From the NCBI GenBank assembly GCA_964016885.1, contig OZ024743.1, positions 14,446,001 through 14,510,000 of the forward strand: a stretch of 64,000 nucleotides of DNA, in the 5' to 3' direction. This stretch comes from Eledone cirrhosa (lineage: Eukaryota). The translations under genes were made by a program, and so were the position numbers. The notes beneath the pieces were generated by a model, which was given only the letters and a program-made list of their open reading frames with translations, was not told the origin of the DNA and did not search any database. Below, piece after piece: positions 27,760-43,070 of this stretch (within the stretch, counting starts at the first letter, position 1; each line of letters opens with the position of its first letter).

Positions 27760-29773
27760 TAATGTGGAAACTGTTTACGAGCATTGTGTCTGAGGAAATC
27801 TACCATCACCTCCACACAAACAACTTGTTGCCGGACGAACAGAAAGGATGCCGAAAGAAGTCACGTGGTACAAAGGACCAGTTACTTATTGATAAGATGG
27901 TAATGGGGAATTGCAGGAGGAGACACACTGATCTTGCCATGGGATGGATAGATTACAGAAAGGCATTTGACATGGTGCCTCATTCTTGGATCACCAAAAG
28001 CCTGGAGATCTTCAGGGTGGCAGATAACATCAGACAGTTGCTGGGCAGGAGTATGGGGTCCTGGGAGACAGAGTTGACATCAACTGGAGTATCCTTGGGA
28101 AGCGTGAAGATCAATAGAGGTATCCTCCAGGGAGATAGCCTGTCCCCTCTGTTGTTTGTCCTTGCCCTGATGCCCTTGACCATTATGCTGCGAAAAGTGA
28201 GAGCAGGATACAAGTTGGGAAAGGGAGAGCTTACCATCAATCACCTCCTCTTCATGGACGATCTTAAGCTCTTCGGGAAAAGTGAGAAGGAGTTGGATGT
28301 GCTTGTTGACACTGTCCGTATTTTCAGCAGTGATATATGTATGCAGTTTGGTATTAGTAAATGTGGAGTCATTGTGATGAGGAGGGGTAGGTTGAGCAGA
28401 AGTAACGGGATCCAGATACCAACAGGTGAGATGATAAAGGAAATTGACTCTGAGGAAGGATACATGTATTTGGGCGTTCTGGAGGCTGATGGCATAAAGA
28501 ACAAAAAAATGAAGGAATTGATAAGAACTGAATACATTCGGAGAGTAAGGAGCGTATTGAAGTCACATCTGAACAGCAGAAATGCCATAAGCGCAGTAAA
28601 TTGCCGAGCTGTGTCTATTATTAGGTACAGTGCGGGAATTCTGAGATGGAATGTTGCTGAACAAAAAGAAATGGATAGGAAGACTAGGAAGCTATTGACT
28701 ATCTACAACATGTTCCACAAGAGGAGTGATGTCGATAGACTCTACCTAAGGAGATCTGAGGCTGGAAGAGGTCTTATCAGCATAGAGGACTGTGTTCAGA
28801 TGGAGAAAAACAACCTATACAAATACGTGACCTATAGTAAGGAGCTAATGCTCAGAACTGTACTGAAGGAGGGGACAGCAGGCCAGGGGATGTCCAAGGA
28901 GGAAATAACATCAAGGAGGAAGAGCAGCCTTAAGGGAAAATCCCTTCATAGTACCTTCTTTGAGAAAACTGAATTTAGAGATCCACAGATATGGAACTGG
29001 TTGAGAAGAGGAGACCTCAAAAAGGCTACAGAAGGAATGCTAATGGCTGCGCAGGAGCAGGCCCTCAAAAGGAAGTGGTTGAAGCACCATATTTACAAGG
29101 AGGAGGCTAGCCCACTGTGCAGGATCTGTGGAGAGAGAGAGGAGACTGTGGCTCACATTGTGTCCGAGTGTAAACACCTAGCCCAGACCCACTATAAGGG
29201 CTGGAGACACGATGTGATGGGCAGGGTGATCCACTGGCACCTGTGCAAAGTAAACAATTTACCACATTCTGAGAAATGGTATGAGCATAGGCCAGAGGCG
29301 GTGATGGAGAACAATCAGGTGAAGGTGTTGTGGGATTTTAGGATACAGACGGACAAAAAACTGGAACACAATAGACCTGACCTGGTGGTTGTGGACAAAG
29401 AAAAAAGATCGTGTCTGATTGTGGATGTGGCCTGCCCTTTCGACACGAGAGTGCAAGAGAAGGAGAGGGAGAAAATTAACCGATACCAGGACCTAAAGTG
29501 GGAGGTGAAAAGGATTTGGAACTGCCATGAAGTCAAAGTGATCCCGATTGTCATAGGCGCACTGGGGACTATCTCCAAAAGTTGCCAGGGATGGTTAAAG
29601 AAAATCGGCCCTTTCACGCTTTATGGAACGCTTCAAAAGGCATGCTTGCTTGGAACAGCAAGAACCCTCCGATACGTCCTGAATATCTGAGGCTGCAGGT
29701 AGTGGCTTCATATTCATTCCAACGGACTTTCCAGTTAACCAACATCAATGACTGAGATTCAAGGAATAACAAC

Positions 29774-29809
<36 letters not shown>
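27760..29809 (+). mobile_element. R4/Dong-type element, 5'-truncated copy 3, with (TAA)n tail
   Basis: Open 642-aa frame followed by the same 3' UTR and (TAA)n. Confidence 0.95.
27762..29690 (+). CDS. N-truncated RT + CCHC knuckle + restriction-like endonuclease (R4/Dong clade)
   Basis: [57 protein letters not shown]...EC, RPDLV..D motifs. Confidence 0.92.
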   Translation: MWKLFTSIVSEEIYHHLHTNNLLPDEQKGCRKKSRGTKDQLLIDKMVMGNCRRRHTDLAMGWIDYRKAFDMVPHSWITKSLEIFRVADNIRQLLGRSMGSWETELTSTGVSLGSVKINRGILQGDSLSPLLFVLALMPLTIMLRKVRAGYKLGKGELTINHLLFMDDLKLFGKSEKELDVLVDTVRIFSSDICMQFGISKCGVIVMRRGRLSRSNGIQIPTGEMIKEIDSEEGYMYLGVLEADGIKNKKMKELIRTEYIRRVRSVLKSHLNSRNAISAVNCRAVSIIRYSAGILRWNVAEQKEMDRKTRKLLTIYNMFHKRSDVDRLYLRRSEAGRGLISIEDCVQMEKNNLYKYVTYSKELMLRTVLKEGTAGQGMSKEEITSRRKSSLKGKSLHSTFFEKTEFRDPQIWNWLRRGDLKKATEGMLMAAQEQALKRKWLKHHIYKEEASPLCRICGEREETVAHIVSECKHLAQTHYKGWRHDVMGRVIHWHLCKVNNLPHSEKWYEHRPEAVMENNQVKVLWDFRIQTDKKLEHNRPDLVVVDKEKRSCLIVDVACPFDTRVQEKEREKINRYQDLKWEVKRIWNCHEVKVIPIVIGALGTISKSCQGWLKKIGPFTLYGTLQKACLLGTARTLRYVLNI

Positions 29810-29810
<1 letters not shown>

Positions 29811-30796
29811 TATGTTGATCTTGTGTCGGAATTTGAAATCCAAAAACATAGTAGACTAAATTTCCAAAATTACACATTTAAATAACGAAAATACACTTTA
29901 AGAAATTAGATAATCTGCAATCGGTTTCAAAGTGGTATCTTCATTGGCCGGTGTGAAATCAGTCGGCTGGAATTTGCCGAGGACATAGTGTTACTTAACC
30001 CTACATAAGATGAAATCTGAATTGCACTTGATAAGTTTTTATGGTGAATCCTTGAACGTATTTGGGCATATTTCCGCATAATCAGGGATCACATGCGAAA
30101 ATATATGAAAAGCAAAATTCTATTACACCACGTTGTGGTTTAACTATAAATACAACTGAAGAAAAACTTCTATTACATAGTTCTGTATGATTACGGCAGT
30201 ATTTTGTTAGCAGTTTTAGTAGTATATGTATAAGCGATTTAGAGAATGAACATTAAAGTAAAAAGAAAGAATAACGTTTTCCATAGAGTAACTATAATTG
30301 CTAAAATTGCGAACATTTCAAAATATTATTATATTTTTGTACAATTGGTTATGTTTTTTTATAGAAAAGAGATATGTTTTGTGTGGTTTCCAAATACACA
30401 GAATCGATAGTGTTAAATAAATTCAATGAAAAAGGCAGCATATCATACATGTGCATGGTATTTGCTTATTTTGAATTTTAAATTTCAATGCAGTCCATTA
30501 AACTGTATGAAATATTCATTTGATTAAGTAGGTTAGAGAAAAAAATTATAACTAAATACATTGGCCTAATTACAAATGATTCGTGAGTCACTTTATGTCG
30601 CATGTCTCTCGACGTCTATTTTCTGTTAACTTGAAAGGCATGTAGTAGCAGCATATTTTGCGATTTTTAATTTGCGCAGTTTTAACTATACTAATAATAA
30701 TCACTATGCGTGCTCATTCCTAAAGAAATGGAATTCTTTTACTACATTCGAGTTCTGAATCAATTAACCACATAACCACTGCTGCGCCATATACAT

Positions 30797-31510
<714 letters not shown>

Positions 31511-31887
31511 CATACACACACACAATCATACATATATACACACGTACATACACACACATACATACACACATATATACACGCATACATATGCAATCACAAA
31601 TATAGATATATGTACACACACGTACATACGCACACACAAATAATTATAAGAAAAAAAAAATAAATACCGTCACATAAGAATAAAAATGAATATAAAAATG
31701 ATTATAAAGTTGACAGTGATACAGGCAACAAATAAATGAACTAACACACGTGGTAAGCAATACACACAATTGCACATACACATAGATACGTAAAAATAAA
31801 TACATACACACATACACATACATATACATATACATATAGACATACATACACATACACATATACATACACACACACATATATACATAT

Positions 31888-31964
<77 letters not shown>

Positions 31965-32319
31965 TATACATACATATACACAAACACATACATACAAATA
32001 CATACACACACATATGTATGTGTGTAAAACTCATTCTTAGATGTATTCATATGAACCTTGTTTAACTTTAAAAACAATATATATATATATAATCACATAC
32101 ATAAACATACATACACACACACATATATATATAAGAAAATACATAAATGTTATATATATATATGAAAATAAAAAGTTGGGAATACGACAAATAATAAATA
32201 AATAATTAGAAAAGGGTATAAATGTTTATAGCTGATTTAGAGCACTCAACAAGTTCCTGGAGCAAATGATCAATGAAAATAAGCATTAAATCACTGTAGA
32301 TAACTTATTAGTGAAGTTA

Positions 32320-33821
32320 TCGATTGGTCTAAGGAAATTAAATATAACTATAATAATAAGTTTATTCAATTGGATATTGCTAATTATTACTTATCCATCA
32401 CTCCCAATCTACTTAATAAAGCACTAACTTAGGCACTTAAACATACAGACTTAACTAGTAATGAAATGCACATTATATTATCGTCACGGAAAACATTAAT
32501 AGAATTTAATAACCAACTCTGGACTAGAGCAGATAGAAACAATAACTTTAATATAACTATGGGATCACCCGATTCCGCAAAGGTAACGGATCTTGTGGGC
32601 CTCTTTATAAATAATTCTCTACATAGGAAAATACCTGAGGTGACCGGAGGTTTATATCGTGACGACATGCTTTTACATATCGAAAATAATAACTGTGAAT
32701 TAAATAGGAAAAGAAAAGAAATTATACAATTCTTTAATTACCTTAATCTAAAAGTAGAAATAGAGAATAACCATAAAATAGTTAACTTTCTAGATGTAAC
32801 ATTAAACCTTAACACATGTCTTCATTATCCATTTCACAAACTAAACGAGAACTTAAACTACGTTAATTTTAACTCTAATCACCCCAGATCCGTTAAAAAT
32901 ACTATAGTGAATTCTGAACAGCAACGCATTTCTAGAATTGCAGCTAATAAGAATATATTTGATGATAAAGCACATTATTACAACGAAGCGTTAGCTAGAG
33001 CTGGATATAGAAATAAAATTAAATACATTGATAATAATAATATAATAACTAACCATAATCTTAACAATTTTAACAATTTTAAAAATGTTAACAACTATAA
33101 TAGAAAACCTTACAATATTTCGGAAAACGAAAAAAAGAAATAGAACTAGGAATATATTATGGTTTACTCCTCCTTTCTCATTAAATATTAAAACCCCTAT
33201 TGCTAAACTATTCTTTAAAGCTCTTGACAAATGCTTACCTAGAACACATAGATATTACTCAATTTTTAATAGACATACTATAAAATTAACTTATCCATCC
33301 ACCAAAGATTTAGCGCAAAATATTAATAGAATTAATAATAAATATTTAAAACATAACCAAAATACCACTAATAACCCAAGTAATATCCAATTTGATAAAT
33401 TTAACTGTAGAAATAAATCTAACTGTCCGTTAAATAACAATTGTTTAGCTAAAAATATAGTATATAATTGTAATGTAAAAACTAATTTAAATTCATTTAA
33501 TTATGTAGGATAAAATCCACAGATTTTAAATCCCGTTTCAATAATCATAAAATTTCTTTTACACATCTAAACAAAAAATCTTCAACTTCTCTATCTAGCT
33601 TATTATGGGACCTCAAATTAAAGAACGTTAAATATTCGTTGCTTTGGAATATTATTTCATAAGCTACTCCGTTTAACTCCTCTTCAGAAAATTGTGATCT
33701 TTGTATAGAGGAAATATTCTTAATATTAAAGCCCCAAAATTCCCTGAACCTAAGGAACAATTTATTCAGCTGCTGCAGACATAGATTGAACTCAACGTTT
33801 AAATATAAATTTAAAATGTAA
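32320..33821 (+). pseudogene. Disrupted PLE RT / GIY-YIG ORF
   Basis: IDW..FIQLDI.NYY, ITMGS.DSA, GGLYRDD, FLDVTL, SNHP, WFTPPFS, NCR.K.NCPL, YVG, CDLC; stops and one frameshift. Confidence 0.88.
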
Positions 33822-34480
33822 TATATAATTAATTAATTCTATTAATACATGGAACCTATCGATAAATCATTAGATTCCTTCATTTGACTGCTTAAACTCT
33901 CAAGTTAAAAAAAAATTTTTTCTAAATATAAATAAAAAATATAAATAAAATAAAAAATAAAAAATTCTTCTTGCGAAACATACTGAAAGCTCTTAAAAGG
34001 GGAAAATATTTTATTTGAAAGTTTCTCCTATTTTTGAAAATTTCTCTTTTGAAAGTTTCTCTTTCTTTTTCTTATGGCTATAAAATTAAGTTAAACATAC
34101 TGAGAACTAAATATTATATAGAAAATTTAAATTTTTATACTGAATATATTAAACATATTCTTATTTTAAAATTAAAACTTAAAATATTCTATAATATTTT
34201 TTTAAATTATATTTTTTTAAATTATATTGATTTAAAGTTATATTGCTTATAATTATATTTCCAAATCGTAATATAATTCATTTTTATTTTATTTTATTTT
34301 ATATTATAGATATTATATACTTCAATTATAGTATGTACTGTATTTATATATATCTATCTATATATATACGTGTGTATATACGTATGTATGTATATATATA
34401 TATATATATATATATCTGTGTATATGTATCTATATATATATATATGTGTGTAAGTACGTCTATGTTATCTATGTGAGGAT

Positions 34481-34511
<31 letters not shown>

Positions 34512-35483
34512 GCATACAATTCGGGTGCACTCGTTTATAAGGATAAACAAACTTATATAATAACAGTCACAACTACATAACAGGTGGATTTATTAGATAT
34601 AAAACTTAATAACATAAGGTTTGTATAACCTAAAGTTTTCTTTACTATCTTAACATTTGTAACATTTAATATAATTAAATAACTTAATTTCCTTCACGCT
34701 GTTTCGATATTACATAGAAATGATTTTCTCTGTTTTTTCTAAGTTTTTCTCTGAAAAATCTATAAGTTTATGAAAATTCCTATATCTTAAATTAAAAAAT
34801 CCTTTATTGTTTGGATGTATATGTATCTATATATAGGTATGTGTATATATATGTATATGTATATATGTATATATATATCTGTGTGTGCATATGTATATAT
34901 ATGAATATATTCTTTTAATAATATATGGATTTTTTTATAATATATAGTCTTAATAATATATAGATTTCTTAATAATATATAGATCTCAATTTTTAATATA
35001 TAGATCTCAATAATTTAATTTATAAACTAAACATTTAATCATAAACAATGGTTAAAATTCTCCTATTATTTATGTATTTTCCTTTCACGCTTATTTACAC
35101 GTCTCTATTCATCCATTAAATATTTATTCCTTCACTCCATCTCAAAAGTTAAGGTTAATACAACAACATATCACTCAGAGGTTTCGCTTTCTCTTCTCTT
35201 TTCTTATTTTTCTTATTCACCTCTTAGAGTTTGCTCTTTTTTCTTTTTTCTCTTTTATTCTTTTTTTTCTTTTTTCTCTTTTTTCTATCTCTCTTTTTTC
35301 CCTCTCTCTCTTTCTCCATAACCCAACGGTTTATTTAAATCTACTCTGATTTAAAAATATCCGAAACTAATTTACATAATAGTATAAATAAAGTTATAAC
35401 CCCACTATCCGGGAGCTTCCAACAGAAATGGTCGCATTCTTTAAGGGTATGTCAATATTTATTTATAAAACTGCTCTATATTA

Positions 35484-35548
35484 TATTTTATCTGATGAAA
35501 GCCCACCATAATTTAACTTGGTGTCATTGAAATATGTATAATGAAATA
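35484..35548 (+). ncRNA. Type I hammerhead, imperfect stem II
   Basis: tattttat-CTGATGA-(cacca/tggtg)-GAAA-tatgta-TA-atgaaata. Confidence 0.7.
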
Positions 35549-35676
35549 AATATGGTTTTATAAATATAGTTTCCATTTGTTAATATATCGTATTTTTACT
35601 CCAATGATTTGTTGAGTGCTTTATATCAGTTATAAAAATATTTACTGTTGTATCCCAACAATTTAAATAGAACTTC

Positions 35677-35759
<83 letters not shown>

Positions 35760-35765
<6 letters not shown>

Positions 35766-36162
35766 GCATGTGTGTGTGTGTGCGTGTTTGTGTATTTGTG
35801 TGTATGTGTATGTATGGATATGTTGATATATATGTGTGCATGTATGTGTATATGCATGTGTATGTATATATATATATATGTGTTTGTGTGTGTATGTGTG
35901 CGTATATATATGTGTGTATGTATATATGTGTGTGTATGTAATTGTGTGTATGTGTGTGTGCGTGTGTGCATGTGTGTTTATTTTTCCTTTTCTTCTTCCT
36001 TTTCCAGCCTCACTTTCATATAGATTATATTTTTGTTTTTAAAATCCAATGTCAATAAAACACCTGGATTTTTTCATTCTGATGATTGAAAGCAAAATTT
36101 GTTTGCTTTTAAGAAACCACTGGTAAATGAAATAATGCCTTATGTTGTTTATTACATAACTA
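35760..36162 (+). mobile_element. PLE-type 3' arm (short-tail arm)
   Basis: Inverted copy of 31068-31460 ending in (TA)n. Confidence 0.85.
36072..36132 (+). ncRNA. Type I hammerhead
   Basis: tttcatt-CTGATGA-ttgaaagca..tgcttttaa-GAAA-ccactgg-TA-aatgaaa. Confidence 0.88.
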
Positions 36163-36184
36163 TATATATATATATATATATATA

Positions 36185-36583
36185 TGATTATATTTAATTG
36201 GCTGTAGGACTAAGACAACGGTTTAAGCATAATAGCGTTGCATATGAAAATATATATGAAACGCTTTTTATACAAGAAATATATAGGTAACCTAGCAAGA
36301 GAAGAAAAACCTTTTTTTCTCAAAGAAACCACTGGTAAATGAAATAATGCCTTATGTTGTTTATTACATAACTATATATATATATATATATATAATTTGT
36401 TGTAGCTGTAAGTCAGCGTTCAAGCATAATATTCGTTTCGTTGAGAAAAAAATTTTTTTTCTTTTCTTGCTAGGTTACCTATATATTTATTGTATTGTAT
36501 AAAGGCGTATCATATATATTTTCATATGCAACACTATTATGCTTAAACCGTTGTCTTATTCCTACCGCCAATTAAATATAATC
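36185..36583. repeat. ~125-bp inverted repeat enclosing a duplicated hammerhead tail
   Basis: 36185-36310 is the reverse complement of 36455-36583; 36323-36374 duplicates 36111-36162. Confidence 0.8.
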
Positions 36584-38568
36584 ACCAAAGCGCGCATCGT
36601 TTGCAAATGACCATTTCCAGCCGATATTGCTTATGCTAATCACTCAAAATACTTTATAGACTATAGTACATTTTAAATGAGTGTCCCTGATGAAACATTA
36701 ACAAATTGTAAAAAAGCACTGACCTTCTCTGAACCCACCGGTTGATATATTGAGCAAGGAAAACAGAAAAATATGTTTTTTTTGTTTCGGTTACTTTCGA
36801 AAAAATGTTTTTTTCGTTTCAGTTACTTTCGAAAAAATAGTTTGCTTCAGCCGAGAGGCTACCCATATGTCAATTTTATATAACCGTATTATAAACGATT
36901 GTAAAGATACACACTGCATTAAAATTATCAAAAACGGGATGCATTTTCCCACTGGTTTGTGTATCATATCAGAACATTGAAATATTTTTCAGGAGCTTCT
37001 TGGCCAGATGATGGATATTAGCACAATTCAAACTACGTAACAGAAAACAAATTATAAATTAACCTCAACTCAAACATACATAAAGACTCAATGAAAACAC
37101 GCTCTTCAAATAGAAACATTGTAGATATCATATTAGATACGTTAATTATTGAAAGACCATTTCCATATATATGTGGATTTGAAATATATATTTCAATACA
37201 GATATTTGATTTACTAAATCAAAGAGGTGAACAATTTAAAGATGTCGCCACTAAAACAAATTACGTGTAAATCAATGTCATTTACATACCTGAATGGATA
37301 TATGTTACTTTTAGGGCGTTAACTTGATTTATCTAATGGGATTATGTTGATGTGTGTGGGTATGATATATATTGTTGGAGGCGAATAATTGCTAATGCAC
37401 ATGGCTTTATACCTGCATGTTTATGGATTCACGGTTTTAAACATCTTATAAATATATGTGTAGGTGTTTAATTATATCAGCATATAGTTATACACAGATA
37501 CATTAGTATCTTTCTGGTTGATTAGCTATGCATATAACGAAAGCTTTCAACGTTCAAAATGCTAATTTTCCAATTCAGAAGGATTAACCTGTTTATGTTT
37601 TGCTCTAATTTAATGTTTCCTTTTTTCTCTTTATTGTTATTGGAAGAGTTTAAACTATGAAACTAATTTTATTTCACTAATTTCCTGCCTTCTTCAAATA
37701 TTTTATGTGTTCTGCAAATTTATACTCAAAATAATAAAGGATATTTGTTGTGTTTACAGCATATGTTTATTTTTGTTAATCCTCGTCTTCAAATACTATG
37801 CTGTTGTTGTTTTCTTTTTAGTATGTGGTCTACTTTCGATCGGGCAAACAATTACAAACTTACAAACTTAAAAATAACATATTCAACAGCTATATATTAA
37901 TCTTCGTTTCTTCCTTTTTCTGTTTGTGTAAATGTACAATCTTCTGTATGCTAATATACATTAATAAACTATACGATTAGTTTGCTGATTAGAGTCGTGT
38001 ACGCATAGAAGACATTTCATTTATATATAGATAATATTTTCGCTTTGTCCATTGTTTATTATAAATTCTCTACCCATGTAATATTTATTGTTGTTTTCAG
38101 AAATTATATTTCAACAGAGTACATATATTATTATATTGAAATTATTTGAGTGATGGATTTTTTTTATTAGACATTTCTAATAAAAGACAGTAGTTGTTTA
38201 TGTTCATTTAGTGTTTTCTGTGTTATTTTAGTTCAGAGATTATTCTGTTTTCAAACATTCATGGAATCGCTACTATATTTACTTTTATTTCTAATAAGCC
38301 AGCTGCGAAAAGCTTACGTCTGGCAGGTATTGCACTTTAATATCCACCCGTATAATTATTTAATTTAGTAAAGACATTTAAAACGTACATATATTGGGAA
38401 TTAAAAATAAAACACTTCAATTTATTTTAATACTTCACATATATATCTAATTCTCTTTACTCCGCGTTTAATCTGTTATCTTTTTGGTTCCAGATACTGC
38501 CATCACAACACAAGTGTATTTTGATACGTATATCACAGATAATACTACACTGATAAGAATCAACACGA

Positions 38569-38640
<72 letters not shown>

Positions 38641-38692
38641 GACGTAAAATAAGAAAATTTTAAAAATTAAAACTCAACTTACTAAAATGTTC

Positions 38693-38775
38693 ACTCCAAC
38701 TAATTAGTTTCTGTAAGGGGATAAATATAGTTACGTAACATAACTATAGAGAATTGCTTACGTCATCAGGGGGTC
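38693..38775 (-). ncRNA. Type I hammerhead with extended stem II
   Basis: acccc-CTGATGA-cgtaag..(atagttatg/cgtaactat)..cttaca-GAAA-ctaattag-TT-ggagt. Confidence 0.78.
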
Positions 38776-39553
38776 TATTCTCAGCTAAGTTCCCAGGCAA
38801 TGTGCGGACACTAGGAACCCATATAAAAATAATAATTCAGTGGATGGAATAAAGCTAGCGGGGACTAAATTCCAAAGCACTGAAAAAATTCACTGCCTCT
38901 TTGGTCAGTGGCAGATTCTAAAGAATCAATCACGTGACACTGAGGTTAATCAGTGAGGAGTGGGGTGGTATTATGATAAGAGCCTACTACTACCCTGAAT
39001 CACAGCAGTAAATGTTGGCAAGTTTTACTCAACAAACAACTTGGAGATAAATATAGAGAATTAGTATATCTACCAACATATGTATACAGGTGTATACCTA
39101 TGCTAGCAAATATATATGTTATGTCTTAGTACCTTTGTGGTTCTATGCAGGGGTATGCCGAACAATTATATGAAAGACGTAAAATAAGAAAATTTTAAAA
39201 ATTAAAAATCATATATATTTGCTAGCATAGGTATACACCTGTATACATATGTTGGTAGATATACTAATTCTCTATATTTATCTCCATGTTGTTTGTTGAG
39301 TAAATCTTGCCAAAATTTACTGCTGTGATTCATGGTAGTAGTAGGCTCTTGTCATACTACCACCCCACTCCTCACTGATTAACCTCAGTGTCACGTGATT
39401 GATTCTTTAGAATCTGCCACTGACCAAGGAGGCAGTGAATTCTTTCAGTGCTTTGGAATTTAGTCCCCGCTAGCTTTATTCCATCCACTGAATTATTATT
39501 TTTATATGGGTTCCTAGTGTCCGCGCATTGCATGGGAACTTAGCTGAGAATAG

Positions 39554-39633
39554 ACTCCCTGATGTCGTAAGGAATTCTCTAGTTATGTTACGTAACTATA
39601 TTTATCCCCTTACAGGAACTAATTAGTTGGAGT
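39554..39633 (+). ncRNA. Hammerhead copy with two core substitutions
   Basis: actcc-CTGATGT-cgtaagg...ccttaca-GGAA-ctaattag-TT-ggagt; perfect stem I. Confidence 0.6.
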
Positions 39634-39805
39634 GACAATTTTAGTAAGTAAGTCGATTTTTAATTTTTAAAATTTTCATATTTTACGTCTTTCATATAAT
39701 TGTTCTGCATCCCCCTGCATATAACCACAAAGGTACTAAGACATAACATATATATTTGCTAGCATAGGTATACATCTGTATACATATGTTGGTAGATATA
39801 CTAAT

Positions 39806-40100
<295 letters not shown>

Positions 40101-40320
40101 TATATATATATATATATATATATGTAGATAAATCTACCAAGAGTTTACGCTAGTGTCCAATCCGTATGAAGAACTCAATGTAATCCGGATATCATGGAAA
40201 GAAGAGATGCATTCAAAAATCACTTTCGGTGAAAGATAAACGGAATACAGAGTCAAGATAAAATATTAAAAAAATAATGAATAAAACAATGAAACAGTTC
40301 CTTATATTAAACAAAAAAAG

Positions 40321-40473
40321 TTCATTATTTAACGATCGTTTCTAGGACATATATGTGTTAGAATTGGCATGCATATTCAACAGATCTATGTACAAAATTA
40401 TACAAAATTATACAAACTATCAAATCTAATATACATACCAACACATACATATGCCGTCTTCAGAAATAATGAA
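40321..40473 (-). ncRNA. Type I hammerhead with ~115-nt stem II
   Basis: ttcattattt-CTGAAGA-long hairpin-GAAA-cgatcg-TT-aaataatgaa; 10-bp stem I. Confidence 0.8.
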
Positions 40474-40826
40474 ATATATTTATTGATAATAACAACAATT
40501 CAAAATTACAGGTCTGTTTGGGAACAGAGTTCAAATTGACCAATGAAATAAACAAAAATATATCAAGAAAATACAGTTAGGTGTGTGTATATATGTAAGT
40601 AACTTCGTTCACAGATATGCATAAAAATATATGTTCACATGCATACGCATGTCGAAAAAATGTATGCAAATACAAAAATTCAGGGCTAATGTCTCTGTAT
40701 GTTTATAATCTACAGATAAAATACACATACGTATATAAACATATATACATTCATATATACACACACATACATACATTCACACACACACGCGCATATACAC
40801 ATAAACATACACATACCCACGAACAT

Positions 40827-40857
<31 letters not shown>

Positions 40858-41077
40858 CACATATGTATATACTATTATTATAACTATATGGATATTAAGG
40901 CGCACACATAAACACTGCCACATATATTTACATCTAGATGCAGAAGTAGGTGAAGGGGGTCAGTAATTACTAAGGGTGTCAGACAACTGCCTATTTAAAA
41001 ATGTATCTATAAATTTAGAAATAAAAAGAAATATATTTAAAAAATAAACAAGTAAAATATAAAATACACAACGATAT

Positions 41078-41136
<59 letters not shown>

Positions 41137-41577
41137 TATACATATACATACGTACACATATATATAGAGACACATACATATACATATATAAATACATAGA
41201 CACATATATATACACACATATATATATACATATATTCACAACACACATATATATATACACACATATATGTACATACACATACACACATACATACATATAT
41301 ATATATACATACACACACATATATATACACACACATATATACTCACATATATATATATATACATACACACACAAATATATACACACACACACATACATAT
41401 ACGTATATATACACACACATACTCATATCCATGTATGTATATACACATACAACCACACGCTCACACAACTCAGACATACATAAATAAAGAGATATACATA
41501 CACACATATACATATATATATATATATATATAGATATATACATACACATAAATATATATATACACACACACACACAT

Positions 41578-41660
<83 letters not shown>

Positions 41661-41827
41661 TAAATAAATACACAGTCAGACAATTATGCACACATATATA
41701 TATATATACTTACACACATCTCTACAAATATATATACACATACACACGCACACATACATATATACATACACACATATATATATATAGACATACACATACA
41801 CATATATATACATATATATACATATAT

Positions 41828-41870
<43 letters not shown>

Positions 41871-42149
41871 CATACACACTTATTTACATGCGCACATATG
41901 TATTTTTATACTCACATACAAACACCCAAACATACATACCTACTTACATACACATACATACATCCACCCTTACAAATACAAATAATTATAGGGGGGGAGG
42001 GGATTAAAATTATTAGTGGGAAATAGTAAATATAGGTTTCAAGGAACATAGAATATTAAGCTGCATTTAGATCATAATATGTGTTTACATAGTAGTTTCA
42101 GTATTAGGAAATGTAAGAAAGAAGGCAAAATTATGCATTTTAATATAAG

Positions 42150-43070
42150 TAGACTATTAATTATAGGTTAACTAAATTAAAAATAGTTAATATATTGATT
42201 TCTAAGGTATATACTACTTAGGTTTATAATATTTGAAGCGGAATTTTGAAGTTAAACAGTAGTAGAGTATTAATTATAGCATAACTAAATTAAAAATATT
42301 AACATTATGGTATCAATATTAGGAAATGAATTTAGTAATAGGGAAAACCAAATCAAGTATTTCATCGGTAGTAGAATATAAATTATAGGTTAACTAAATT
42401 AAAAATTATATATTAATTTCTATAGTATATGTTAATTAGGTTTATAATAATTAAAGCAGATCTTGTATTTTATCTATAGTAGAATATAATTATAGGTTAA
42501 CAAAAATTAAAATTAATATATATATATATTTTTTTTTTAATTGTAAAGAATATATTAATTAGGTATATATTTAAAAATTTATCTCAGTTTATGATTACAT
42601 GATATTCTGCAATACATCTGTATTAGAATTTTAATTTTAATTTTAATTTTAAGCTAATTAAATTAAAATTATATGTTAACTAAATTAAAATTAATTTATA
42701 AATAAATTTCTAAATTGTACATTAATTAGGTTTATAATATTAAAAAATATTTCTCTGTTATTGATTACACAATATTTTGTTATATTTCATCTGTAAAGGA
42801 ATTTTAATAAAGGTTAAATAAACTAAAATTAATCTATAAATTAATTTACAAAGTATATATTAATTATGTTAATAATATTTAAAAGTTTTTCACAATTTAT
42901 GATTACACAATATTTTTTAATCTCATCTGTAGTAGAATTTTAATTAAATTAAATTTATAGGTTAACTACATTTAAATTAAATTATATATTAATTTCTAAA
43001 ATATATATTATTAATTAGGTTTATAATATTTAAATGTTTTTCTCAGTTTATGATTACACGATATAATTAA
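42150..43070. repeat. Degenerate ~140-170-bp tandem repeats derived from the ORF 3' end
   Basis: ttaattaggtttataatatt...atgattacac recurs at ~43011, 42860, 42722, 42555, 42432, 42215 with increasing divergence. Confidence 0.75.

Larger units (their letters stand above)
32160..35680 (+). mobile_element. Naiad-type PLE, 5'-truncated, nested between the 31005/36162 arms
   Basis: RT/GIY-YIG relic 32320-33821, ~1.8 kb 3' UTR, hammerhead at 35484, tail 35590-35680; short diverged inverted tail at 32160-32285. Confidence 0.88.

Noticed and set aside
36681-36725. CTGATGA core-like motif
   Set aside because: No GAAA, stem III or cleavage triplet in register.
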